Positions 1 to 8,362 of a stretch of 64,000 nucleotides of DNA are shown here, piece by piece; position 1 is the stretch's first letter, and each line of letters starts with the position of its first letter. Position numbers and translations under genes: made by a program. The stretch comes from Puniceicoccaceae bacterium (GTDB lineage: Bacteria; Verrucomicrobiota; Verrucomicrobiia; Opitutales; Oceanipulchritudinaceae): assembly GCA_040830765.1 (NCBI GenBank), contig JBFOMH010000001.1:19201-83200 (forward strand). The letters are read 5' to 3'. Under the pieces are notes generated by a model. That model ran no database searches and had not been told where the DNA came from. It worked only from the letters and a program-made list of their open reading frames with translations.

Positions 1-1498
1 TGAAAAACTCTGCCACCCGTGACCGGTAACCGGCATCCGGGGATTCACCAAGCAAGGCACTGAAGAAAAATGCCACCGTGCCCATGCCAAAGACACTGAA
101 AAACTTGGTTTGAAAGAGCCATTCCTGGCCGAAAAGGGATTCGCTGAACAGGCCCATGGCCGACGGGACGGCCGCAAGGCCAACAGCAAAGAGAGCTGAC
201 CATGAAGGCGTCTTGCGAATAAACATACCCCATACCAGGGGAAGGGCCATGGGCGTCAGCAAGAGGGTTCCTATATCAAGCATGATATCAAAGATGCCCT
301 TGCCCTCGCCCATCGAGAAATACAGCGCCAGGGTGACGATACAGACGCCGAGTACCAGGGTGTACCAACGGCTGTAGCGGAGCAGTTCATGATCGTCACG
401 TTGCTTCAGTCCAAACCATCGGCAGAAGTTCGGATACAGGTCCTTGATCATGATGGCCACGTTGTTGTTGAGGCCGGTATCCATCGAACTCATGGTGGCC
501 GTGAGAATGGCCACGACAATCAGGCCAATCAATCCTACCGGTAGGAGATGCATGCTGACGATGGCATAGCTGGCCTCGGCCGGCTTGGCCAGGCTCAGGG
601 CAAGGACCTCATCGGCAAAGAGCAACCGGGCGGTTATCGGCGGAAGGAACCAGAAGAAACATCCAGCCAGCATCATGACCATTGCCAGTAATGCTGCCTT
701 GCGGGCTTCCCGGCCATCCTTGACCGAGAAGTAGCGCGGCGCGTTGTAGAGCGAATTGTAGACAAGAAACTGCTTCATGACCATGGCAGAAATCCATCCC
801 CAGGTGAACGCGCCGGCGAATTGCTCCGGACCGTTGACGATCTTGAAATCACGGGCCAGGCCCTGCTCCTCAATGAGGTTAAACATTCCCCCAAGACCGC
901 CCATCTCCCTCAAACAGAGAAAGGCCACTATGATGGTGATCGGCAGAAGAATCAGCCCTTGCAGGAAGTCCGTGGCCATAACAGCCCAGCGACCCCCCGA
1001 GGTTGCATAGACGACCACGACCACGCCAACCGCAATGATGACAATATGAATTTCAAACCCGAAGACTGCCGAGCAGAAGATTCCCAGTCCGTAGAGCTGC
1101 ACGGCCGCGTAGAGGATCCGCGTCGGGACTTCCATGAAGGCGTAGAAGCGCTGGGTAACGGGCCCGAAGCGGAGGCTGATGACCTCTGGAAATGTCGTTG
1201 CCCGCAGTTGTCGGAACCAGGGACCGATGAAAAGGAAGTTCAAAAAGAATCCAATGGAATTGCCGATGTAAATCGTCATCACGGAGAATCCCGACTCAAA
1301 GGCAACTCCCGCCGCTCCGGTAAAGGTCCAGGCACTGAAGACGCTCATGAAGGTGCTGGTACCGACCAGCCACCAGGTGCCCTTACACCCTCCCCTGAGG
1401 AAGTCACTGGTTCCAGTGCTGAACCGCTTGAAGATAAACCCGATCAGCACCAGGAGCAGCAGGTAGCCGAGGATGACGATGTATTCTATGGGGGACAT
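1..1498 (-). CDS. Sodium:solute symporter (SSS family), runs off the left edge of the window
   Basis: Absent from the ORF track because it is truncated. Manual translation from ATG 1498: MSPIEYIVILGYLLLLVLIGFIFKRFSTGTSDFLRGGCKGTWWLVGTSTFMSVFSAWTFTGAAG...GGRWAVMATDFLQG...TATMSSMDTGLN, which are SSS motifs in a multi-TM protein, open to the window edge. Confidence 0.9.
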   Translation of the reverse strand, partial: MSPIEYIVILGYLLLLVLIGFIFKRFSTGTSDFLRGGCKGTWWLVGTSTFMSVFSAWTFTGAAGVAFESGFSVMTIYIGNSIGFFLNFLFIGPWFRQLRATTFPEVISLRFGPVTQRFYAFMEVPTRILYAAVQLYGLGIFCSAVFGFEIHIVIIAVGVVVVVYATSGGRWAVMATDFLQGLILLPITIIVAFLCLREMGGLGGMFNLIEEQGLARDFKIVNGPEQFAGAFTWGWISAMVMKQFLVYNSLYNAPRYFSVKDGREARKAALLAMVMMLAGCFFWFLPPITARLLFADEVLALSLAKPAEASYAIVSMHLLPVGLIGLIVVAILTATMSSMDTGLNNNVAIMIKDLYPNFCRWFGLKQRDDHELLRYSRWYTLVLGVCIVTLALYFSMGEGKGIFDIMLDIGTLLLTPMALPLVWGMFIRKTPSWSALFAVGLAAVPSAMGLFSESLFGQEWLFQTKFFSVFGMGTVAFFFSALLGESPDAGYRSRVAEFF

Positions 1499-1519
1499 GT
1501 TTTCCTGTTGTTAAGGGAA

Positions 1520-2857
1520 TTAAATAGGGAGTGTTGACCGGTCTTTGGCCATCCAAAGTCCAAGGGCAGGATCCTTGATGAAAAACAAATCTTCTTCACC
1601 AATCCGATTCCAGCCTTCAACCATTTCGGAAACTGGATACCGGGAAGCAGCTTTATCGTAGTGGCAGTATGAATACCCGACGCTTTCAACTTCATCCCGC
1701 GAGATACCGTCACCCGGACAATAGGTTATCGAGAAGCGGCCATTGCTGGTGCCTTTCATCAGGTGCCCGGCCGCAGACAGGTTTCTTTCGAGGTCGCTGT
1801 TTTCCGTGGCAGATGTCAGGGTCTTGTCCGTGCCCTTGTATCCATACTTGCGGATCAGACGGTCAATTTCCGGATCTTCACCGAAGGTGGTCAAGCCTGG
1901 GGCGAGGACAATGAGTTCCCCTCCGTCAGCCATGGCCATGCAGGTCCGATAGATGGCCTTGTTGCCAAGCCACGTGCTTTTGTACTTGTCGGGGTTCAAG
2001 TAGACGATGCACTTATCCACGGGTCGCTCAAGATGGGTAATATTGACGGCCTGGCTCAATTCGCAGGCCCGGGAGTAGGTTTCAAGGTCATTACCGATGA
2101 AGAGTCCCCGCAGTGCCGGTTTGCCGGCTTCTGATCCGACAACCGACATGATGAAGGTAATGTTTACCTTGTCCCGAACAAAGCGATCGAATCCTTTGTT
2201 GAGGGCTTCACGTACCGGGGTCAGGGTCTTGCCGATGATATTCTCCATCCTGCAGACCGCACCCATGAAGTGGGTCTTGTTAATGGTGTCCCCTCCCCCT
2301 GTTCCCACGAGAATGTTTTTGGTGTAGTTGGCCATGCCGATGACTTCATGGGGAACGACCTGGCCTATGGAGACAATCAGGTCGTACTCGCCATCCAGGA
2401 GTTCCCGGTTGACCCCTATGTCTATCGGGAAATCGAGCCTGCCGCCCGATAATTCTTCAACCTCGGATCCCTCAAGTTGACCAAGGACTATCAAACTGTT
2501 GCGCCAGTCATGCACCAGGAAGACATCCAGGGGAATGGATTGCCCAAACATTTTCCGGAGCTCATCTTCCGACATCGGCAAATGGGTACCAAGGGCCGGC
2601 ATTATCCTGACATGGGCCTGCTCCTTGTAATGATGGTAAAGAAAGGCAGTGATCTCCCCTGCCCGGGAATTCAGCCGCGTGATGTCGGGAGGAATCAACA
2701 AAAGTCGCTTCACGCCCGGGTGTTGCCTGACAAATGTCTCAAGGTGTTCCTCGAGCTGCTCCTTGGTGATGCAGGCTTGCGGCCCTCCCCACGCCAAGGG
2801 CTCCGAAGGCCGTTCTTTGTCTGCGGGCATTTGACTGGATGTTGCTTCCTTCGTCAT
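1520..2857 (-). CDS. Lactate racemase (LarA)/DUF2088 family protein, probable nickel-pincer 2-hydroxy-acid or sugar-acid epimerase
   Basis: PDITR, ALGTH, VHDW and PHEVIGMANYTKN...INKTH, with His, Lys(+10) and His(+16) spaced as LarA H174/K184/H200. Start overlaps the upstream stop (TAATG). Confidence 0.85.
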   Translation of the reverse strand: MTKEATSSQMPADKERPSEPLAWGGPQACITKEQLEEHLETFVRQHPGVKRLLLIPPDITRLNSRAGEITAFLYHHYKEQAHVRIMPALGTHLPMSEDELRKMFGQSIPLDVFLVHDWRNSLIVLGQLEGSEVEELSGGRLDFPIDIGVNRELLDGEYDLIVSIGQVVPHEVIGMANYTKNILVGTGGGDTINKTHFMGAVCRMENIIGKTLTPVREALNKGFDRFVRDKVNITFIMSVVGSEAGKPALRGLFIGNDLETYSRACELSQAVNITHLERPVDKCIVYLNPDKYKSTWLGNKAIYRTCMAMADGGELIVLAPGLTTFGEDPEIDRLIRKYGYKGTDKTLTSATENSDLERNLSAAGHLMKGTSNGRFSITYCPGDGISRDEVESVGYSYCHYDKAASRYPVSEMVEGWNRIGEEDLFFIKDPALGLWMAKDRSTLPI

Positions 2858-3894
2858 TAGCAGGAATCCCGTTCAACGATTTCAAATCCAATATCCATCA
2901 CCGGGTTTTCCACCGGCAATCCGTCAATCCGCTTCAGGAGGGATTCAGCAGCATGGCGACCCATCGCCACGCGATCGAAGCGAATCGTGGTCAGCGCAGG
3001 GTGCATGTGAGCTGCGTAGTCCTGGTCCCCCAGTCCCATGAGTCCAATCGTTCCCGGTACCTGTATGCTTCTCGCATTCAGTTCGGCCAGTGCTCCCTGG
3101 GCCAAGGTGTCCGAGCTACAGGCGACAATGCCTTCCTTGAATCCCCGGGAAATAAGTTCAGCCATCCCTTCCCGGCCAAGGCGGAAACTTGTCGGTACAT
3201 CCACCTCGACCACCTCAATCTTTTCCATCCCCAACTTCTTCAGGCGCGAGGTCATTGCCGCCTGCCGGGTCTTTGCCCGGTCGTCACGGCCTGTCAGCAG
3301 CCCCACCTGTCGGCAGTTCTTGCGATAGAGAAAATCCGCCACAGCCTCACCAATCCTCTGGTGTGAAAATCCAACTACAATGTCCAATGGCCGATCCGTC
3401 AGGTCCCAGGTTTCCACTATCGGAATCCCTGTTGCCTTGAGCAGACGCCGGCAGTCGACGGAATGGTGGATGCCCGTCAGCAAGATTCCATCCGGCCGGC
3501 GGCTCATCACCGCCTCCAGCAAGCTCCGCTCCGCATCCCGGTCAAATCCGAATTCACCCAGCAGAATCTGGTAACCCGCCTCCTTCAACCGCTCCCCGAA
3601 CTCTTTTACCGTCTCCGAATAGACTGAATTCCCCAGCGACGGGACAAATGCAGCTATCAAGCGGCTTCGCCGAGAGGCAAGACCCCCTGCCAGCAGGTTC
3701 GGTACGTAGCCCGTTTCCGCAATCGCCTTCTTGACCCGCTCCCGGGTCGCCGGGGCCACCTTTTCCGGACGCTGCAACCCCCGCGATACCGTAATCGCCG
3801 ATCCTCCCGCCCGGGCACTGACATCCTCCAGCGTCACCGCCCCGCTCGCCCGGCTGGTCCGTTTTTTACCTCTCGTTTTCGTCGCCTCTCGCAT
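2857..3894 (-). CDS. LacI-family transcriptional regulator, gluconate-repressor GntR-like
   Basis: N-terminal HTH VTLEDVSARAGGSAITVSR..., GYVPNLLAGGLASRRSRLIA, sugar-binding domain. Start trimmed to ATG 3894 because the longer ORF overlaps the operator and promoter. Confidence 0.9.
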   Translation of the reverse strand: MREATKTRGKKRTSRASGAVTLEDVSARAGGSAITVSRGLQRPEKVAPATRERVKKAIAETGYVPNLLAGGLASRRSRLIAAFVPSLGNSVYSETVKEFGERLKEAGYQILLGEFGFDRDAERSLLEAVMSRRPDGILLTGIHHSVDCRRLLKATGIPIVETWDLTDRPLDIVVGFSHQRIGEAVADFLYRKNCRQVGLLTGRDDRAKTRQAAMTSRLKKLGMEKIEVVEVDVPTSFRLGREGMAELISRGFKEGIVACSSDTLAQGALAELNARSIQVPGTIGLMGLGDQDYAAHMHPALTTIRFDRVAMGRHAAESLLKRIDGLPVENPVMDIGFEIVERDSC

Positions 3895-3941
3895 CGTCTC
3901 TACCTGTCCCGGCAGGCCCAATCTTCCTGATCCCATTTCCA

Positions 3942-3969
3942 TTGACAAGCAAAATGTTAGCGCTAACAT
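3942..3969 (+). promoter_or_regulatory. gudD promoter (TTGACA -35) overlapped by a perfect 16-bp palindromic LacI/GntR operator ATGTTAGCGCTAACAT (3954-3969)
   Basis: TTGACA at 3942-3947. The palindrome matches the GntR-type ATGTTA-N4-TAACAT consensus and lies between the divergent regulator and gudD. Confidence 0.85.
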
Positions 3970-3997
3970 CTAGAAAAATGAGGAAAGGCAATAAATA

Positions 3998-5338
3998 ATG
4001 GGAAAAGGCGAAACCCCTGAAGTGACGGGCATGCGGGTCATCCCGGTAGCTGGCGAAGACAGCATGTTGTTGAACCTGAGCGGGGCCCACGGGCCCTATT
4101 TCACCCGCAACCTGGTCATTCTGGAGGACAGCAGCGGGAAGATGGGGATGGGCGAAGTCCCTGGTGGCGAAGCGATCCGGTCTACCCTGGAGGAAGCGAA
4201 GCCATTGGTGATTGGGCGTGAGCTGGGCCATTACAACGACATCCTGCAGACGGTGGGCCGTCGTTTTGCGGAACGGGATGCGGGTGGACGCGGATTGCAG
4301 ACCTTTGATCTGCGGGTGACGGTGCATACCATTACGGGACTGGAAGCGGCCTTGCTGGACCTCTTGGGGCAGTATCTAGGTGTACCGGTAGCCGCCCTGC
4401 TCGGCGAAGGACAGCAGCGGGATGAAGTGGAGATGCTGGGATATTTATTTTATGTCGGGGATCGCCGCAAGACCGACCTCCCCTACCGTTCGGGGGCCGA
4501 TGAGACGGATTCCTGGCTGGCCTTACGGAACGAGGAAGCGCTGACACCGGAAGCGATCGTCCGGCAGGCAGAGGCGGCGCGGAAGCGTTATGGATTCAAT
4601 GATTTCAAGTTGAAGGGAGGCGTACTGGACGGGCCGGAGGAGATTGAGGCGGTCCGGGCGCTGGCGGAGGCCTTTCCTGAAGCGCGCATCACACTTGATC
4701 CAAACGGGTGCTGGTCCCTCGAGGAGGCGATTCGGTATTGCAGCGGTCTGGACGCGGTGCTGGCCTATGCGGAGGATCCCTGTGGAGCGGAACGCGGTTA
4801 TTCAGGCCGAGAGGTCATGGCGGAATTCCGGCGGGCTACCGGATTGCCGACAGCGACCAACATGATAGCAACCGACTGGCGGCAGATGGGCCATGCGATC
4901 AGTCTGCAGTCAGTGGATATCCCCTTGGCGGATCCTCACTTCTGGACATTGCGGGGGTCTGTGCGGGTGGCCCAGATGTGTCACGAGTGGGGATTGACCT
5001 GGGGTTCCCATTCAAACAACCACTTTGATGTCTCGCTGGCCATGTTCACGCATGCCGGTGCGGCAGCCCCTGGCCGGATCACAGCCCTCGACACCCACTG
5101 GATTTGGCAGGATGGACAACACCTGACACGAGAGCCCTTGGCGATCCGGAACGGGAAGATTCAAGTCCCGGATAAACCTGGCCTGGGTATTGAGCCGGAC
5201 CTTGAGGCTATCGAAAAGGCCCATCAACTCTACTGCGACAAAAACCTCGAAGGCCGGGATGATGCAAAGGCAATGCAGTACCTTGTTCCCGGATGGACCT
5301 TTGACAACAAGCGGCCTTGCATGGTCAGGAACGACTGA
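3998..5338 (+). CDS. gudD: Glucarate dehydratase (enolase superfamily)
   Basis: [74 protein letters not shown] are all GudD motifs. Confidence 0.95.
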   Translation: MGKGETPEVTGMRVIPVAGEDSMLLNLSGAHGPYFTRNLVILEDSSGKMGMGEVPGGEAIRSTLEEAKPLVIGRELGHYNDILQTVGRRFAERDAGGRGLQTFDLRVTVHTITGLEAALLDLLGQYLGVPVAALLGEGQQRDEVEMLGYLFYVGDRRKTDLPYRSGADETDSWLALRNEEALTPEAIVRQAEAARKRYGFNDFKLKGGVLDGPEEIEAVRALAEAFPEARITLDPNGCWSLEEAIRYCSGLDAVLAYAEDPCGAERGYSGREVMAEFRRATGLPTATNMIATDWRQMGHAISLQSVDIPLADPHFWTLRGSVRVAQMCHEWGLTWGSHSNNHFDVSLAMFTHAGAAAPGRITALDTHWIWQDGQHLTREPLAIRNGKIQVPDKPGLGIEPDLEAIEKAHQLYCDKNLEGRDDAKAMQYLVPGWTFDNKRPCMVRND

Positions 5339-5355
5339 AGCAGGAATTGAGAAAT

Positions 5356-6255
5356 ATGGAACTTGAACAGATTAGAGGCGTCATTCCCCCGATTGTCACG
5401 CCAACGGACGAGAAGGACCATGTAGTCGAAGAGCCACTACGGCGTATTGTCGACCACGTAATCGAGGGCGGTGTCCACGGGATTCTTTCCATGGGTTCCA
5501 ATGGCGAGTTCTTCGGACTTGCCCCGGAGCAGCAGGACCGTGCCCTGGCGATTACAATCGACCAGGCAAAGGAGCGCGTTCCTGTTTATGCCGGGATTGG
5601 GGCCATTTCGACACGGGAGTGCGTGGAGCGGGCACAAGTGGCGGAAAAGGCAGGAGCCTCTGCGGTAACAATCCTGCCCCCCATGTTCCTGAGTCCGAAT
5701 GATCAGGAACTCTATGACCACTTCCGCAAAGTGGCTGAATCGACCGCATTACCGGTTCTGCTCTACAACAATCCGGACCGCATGGGCACGGGAATCTCGG
5801 TAAGCCTCATGGAGCGGTTGTCGGACATCCCGAACATTGTCGGGGCCAAGGACAGCAGTGGTGACCTGACGCTGACCGCCGAGTTTATCCGCCGCACCCG
5901 GGACAGAGACTTCAAGGTCATGGCCGGGCGCGACATAATGATCCTCGGCACCCTCGCCTATGGCGGAGTCGGATGCGTTGCCTCGACGGCCAATTTTGCC
6001 CCAGGTATCGTTGTCCGGATCTATGAGAGTTTCGTCAAGGGTGACTTGCAGGATGCCCTTGAAGCCCAGTTCAAACTAGCTCCCCTGAGGATGGCATACG
6101 GACTTGGCAGTTTCCCGGTCGTGACAAAGGAATACATGAGTATCCTCGGCTTTGATGTCGGATCCCCGATTGCCCCCAATTCAGGGTGCACCCCGGAAAA
6201 TCGCGCAAAGCTGCGCCAACTGCTCCTGGAGGCCGGAATCCTGAACCATCCCTGA
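5356..6255 (+). CDS. DapA/NAL-family class I aldolase, probably 5-keto-4-deoxyglucarate aldolase
   Basis: GSNGE, LYNNP and KDSSG (Schiff-base Lys); sits between gudD and garR. Confidence 0.85.
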   Translation: MELEQIRGVIPPIVTPTDEKDHVVEEPLRRIVDHVIEGGVHGILSMGSNGEFFGLAPEQQDRALAITIDQAKERVPVYAGIGAISTRECVERAQVAEKAGASAVTILPPMFLSPNDQELYDHFRKVAESTALPVLLYNNPDRMGTGISVSLMERLSDIPNIVGAKDSSGDLTLTAEFIRRTRDRDFKVMAGRDIMILGTLAYGGVGCVASTANFAPGIVVRIYESFVKGDLQDALEAQFKLAPLRMAYGLGSFPVVTKEYMSILGFDVGSPIAPNSGCTPENRAKLRQLLLEAGILNHP

Positions 6256-6270
6256 AATTTAAAACGAGAC

Positions 6271-7167
6271 ATGAATATGAAGAAGATCGGATTTATCGGA
6301 CTTGGCATCATGGGGAAGCCCATGAGCTTGAATCTAATGAAGGCGGGCTACGACCTGGTTGTTTATGCCCGATCGCAGGATGTCAGGGAGGCCCTCGCAG
6401 CGGCCGGGGCGGCCATAGCCGATTCACCCAAGGCAGTCGCCGAAGAGGCGGATTGTATCATCACGATGCTGCCCAATTCTCCGGAGGTAAAGGAAGTGGT
6501 CCTCGGCGCCAATGGTATTATCGAGGGCGTTCGTGAGGGTTCCATCCTTATCGACATGAGCTCGATTGCCCCGCTGGCCAGCCAGGAGATCGCTGCCAGG
6601 CTGGCTGAGGCCGGTGCGGAGATGCTGGATGCCCCAGTCAGCGGGGGTGAGCCGAAAGCCATTGATGGAACATTGTCCGTCATGGTCGGTGGCAAAAAGG
6701 AAGTTTTCGACAAATGCTACGACATCATGAAAAGCATGGCCGGTTCGGTTGTCCTCACGGGTCACATCGGTGCCGGCAACACGACCAAGCTGGCAAACCA
6801 GATTATCGTGGCCTTGAACATCGCTGCCATGTCGGAAGGACTTGTTCTGGCCAGCAAGGCCGGCGTTGATCCCGACCTCGTCTACCAGGCTATCCGTGGC
6901 GGGTTGGCCGGCAGCACCGTCCTCGATGCCAAGGCCCCATTGGTAATGGACCGAAAATTTGATCCCGGATTCCGGATTGAGCTTCACATGAAGGACCTCG
7001 GCAATGCCTTGGAGACATCCCATGAACTCGGGGTTCCCCTGCCCTTGACCGCGGCCATTATGGAGCAAATGCAGTCCTTGAAGGTTGATGGCCTGCAGGG
7101 ACTGGACCATGGCGCCATTGTCCGTTTCTACGAAAAGTTATCCGGCGTTGAAGTTAAGCGTCAGTAG
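6271..7167 (+). CDS. garR: 2-hydroxy-3-oxopropionate (tartronate semialdehyde) reductase
   Basis: GFIGLGIMGKPM, DAPVSGGEPKAIDGTL, KLANQ, AIRGGLAGSTVLDAK, PGFRIELHMKDL. Confidence 0.92.
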   Translation: MNMKKIGFIGLGIMGKPMSLNLMKAGYDLVVYARSQDVREALAAAGAAIADSPKAVAEEADCIITMLPNSPEVKEVVLGANGIIEGVREGSILIDMSSIAPLASQEIAARLAEAGAEMLDAPVSGGEPKAIDGTLSVMVGGKKEVFDKCYDIMKSMAGSVVLTGHIGAGNTTKLANQIIVALNIAAMSEGLVLASKAGVDPDLVYQAIRGGLAGSTVLDAKAPLVMDRKFDPGFRIELHMKDLGNALETSHELGVPLPLTAAIMEQMQSLKVDGLQGLDHGAIVRFYEKLSGVEVKRQ

Positions 7168-7265
7168 CCTGAAAAACGGGCTTCAGACTGGCCAATGGCA
7201 GAGTGGCTTATCCGGTTGTACGGGTAACTAATCGATAGGCTTCGCTCCTAATCAGTGAAATAACC

Positions 7266-7345
7266 CTTATTTCATCAGAATTGAGTTATATCATCTTGTC
7301 TCAAATGAAATAAGCACTTGACCCACCAATTCAGGGGAATAAACT
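7266..7345 (+). promoter_or_regulatory. Inverted repeat (CTTATTTCAT...ATGAAATAAG) directly upstream of a sigma70-like promoter TTGACC-N16-TAAACT
   Basis: Perfect 10-bp arms at 7266-7275 and 7305-7314, inner TTGAG/CTCAA arms; -35 at 7318-7323, -10 at 7340-7345. Confidence 0.5.
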
Positions 7346-7382
7346 TCGCCCCTAAATTACCTACTTTCACCTATAAAACCTC

Positions 7383-8279
7383 ATGAAGACCTATATCTGT
7401 ATACTCCTGACTACCCTTATCGCAACCAGTGCATTCGGCCAAACCATCCTTGTTGAAGACACCTTCTCAGACACGGACCGCATTGGCGGATTTGACGGTT
7501 CATCAACCGATTCTTCCGCTCCGCTGATCAGTGCACCTACCTCCTCCAACACCCAGTGGGTGGTCAACGGGACCAGCCAGATGGTAGCATCAGCCAGCGG
7601 CATGCTCTGGAACATGAACAACACTTCCAACCGTATGGCCATCGGATACTATCCCAATTTCACCGTCAGTTCGACCCCCATCAAATTATCTTTGTCATTC
7701 ACGACCGGTACTTACGGATTGAATCCCAACAATCTCCGAATGGCCATTTTCGATGCAACCCCCAGTGGCATCCGGGAAACGGACGGTTTCAGCAGCTCCG
7801 ACCCGAACTACGTCAATGACGTTGGCTATGGCATCTTCTCCGGCTCATCCAATGTTGGTGGCGGTTCCACTGCTGACCTCACGCTGAGGACTTATGAGCG
7901 GGTCGATTTGTCGAACAACTTACTCGGCAGCTCGGGGCAATGGAGTGAGCTAGACCGGTCCTCCGGAGCAACGGGTTACCTTGAAGAGAACACAGATTAT
8001 CTTCTGGAAGTTACGCTGGTCGAGAACGCCGGTGTCCTTTCCATCACGACCTCACTGACCGGCGGCAACCTGACCGGTTACGACTACACGGTGCAAGACA
8101 GCACGAGTCCCTACCTTGATTTCAACGCCTTTGCGATGCGCTGGGGCCAAGGTGAGTTGCAATTCAGCGATTTCAACCTGAACAGCTTCACAGTCGTTCA
8201 AGTTCCCGAACCGTCAGTTTTTGCGGCAATTGCCGGCATCTTCGCCCTTGGATTTATCTTCGTCCGACGGCGCAAATAG
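7383..8279 (+). CDS. PEP-CTERM sorting-domain surface protein (Ser/Thr/Gly-rich beta domain)
   Basis: Signal peptide and C-terminal VPEPSVFAAIAGIFALGFIFVRRRK. Confidence 0.92.
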   Translation: MKTYICILLTTLIATSAFGQTILVEDTFSDTDRIGGFDGSSTDSSAPLISAPTSSNTQWVVNGTSQMVASASGMLWNMNNTSNRMAIGYYPNFTVSSTPIKLSLSFTTGTYGLNPNNLRMAIFDATPSGIRETDGFSSSDPNYVNDVGYGIFSGSSNVGGGSTADLTLRTYERVDLSNNLLGSSGQWSELDRSSGATGYLEENTDYLLEVTLVENAGVLSITTSLTGGNLTGYDYTVQDSTSPYLDFNAFAMRWGQGELQFSDFNLNSFTVVQVPEPSVFAAIAGIFALGFIFVRRRK

Positions 8280-8304
8280 AATAAACAGTCCTGAGCAGAA
8301 ATTT

Positions 8305-8340
8305 TGCACCCGCCTTGGGATCCTGGGCGGGTGTACTTTT
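8305..8340 (+). terminator. Stem-loop or intrinsic terminator between the PEP-CTERM gene and the TonB receptor
   Basis: TGCACCCGCC...GGCGGGTGTA hairpin followed by CTTTT. Confidence 0.55.
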
Positions 8341-8362
8341 AAAAGGAGTTCAAGGAGAGCGC

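Noticed and set aside
821..1537. 238-aa plus-strand ORF and many similar long antisense ORFs (e.g. 14393-15304, 35634-36578, 47808-48512, 50394-51203)
   Set aside because: They are shadows of well-supported genes on the opposite strand, have no motifs, and are expected at this GC content.
5356..6255. Calling this gene dapA
   Set aside because: GSNGE instead of GTTGE and a sugar-acid operon context argue for a catabolic aldolase.
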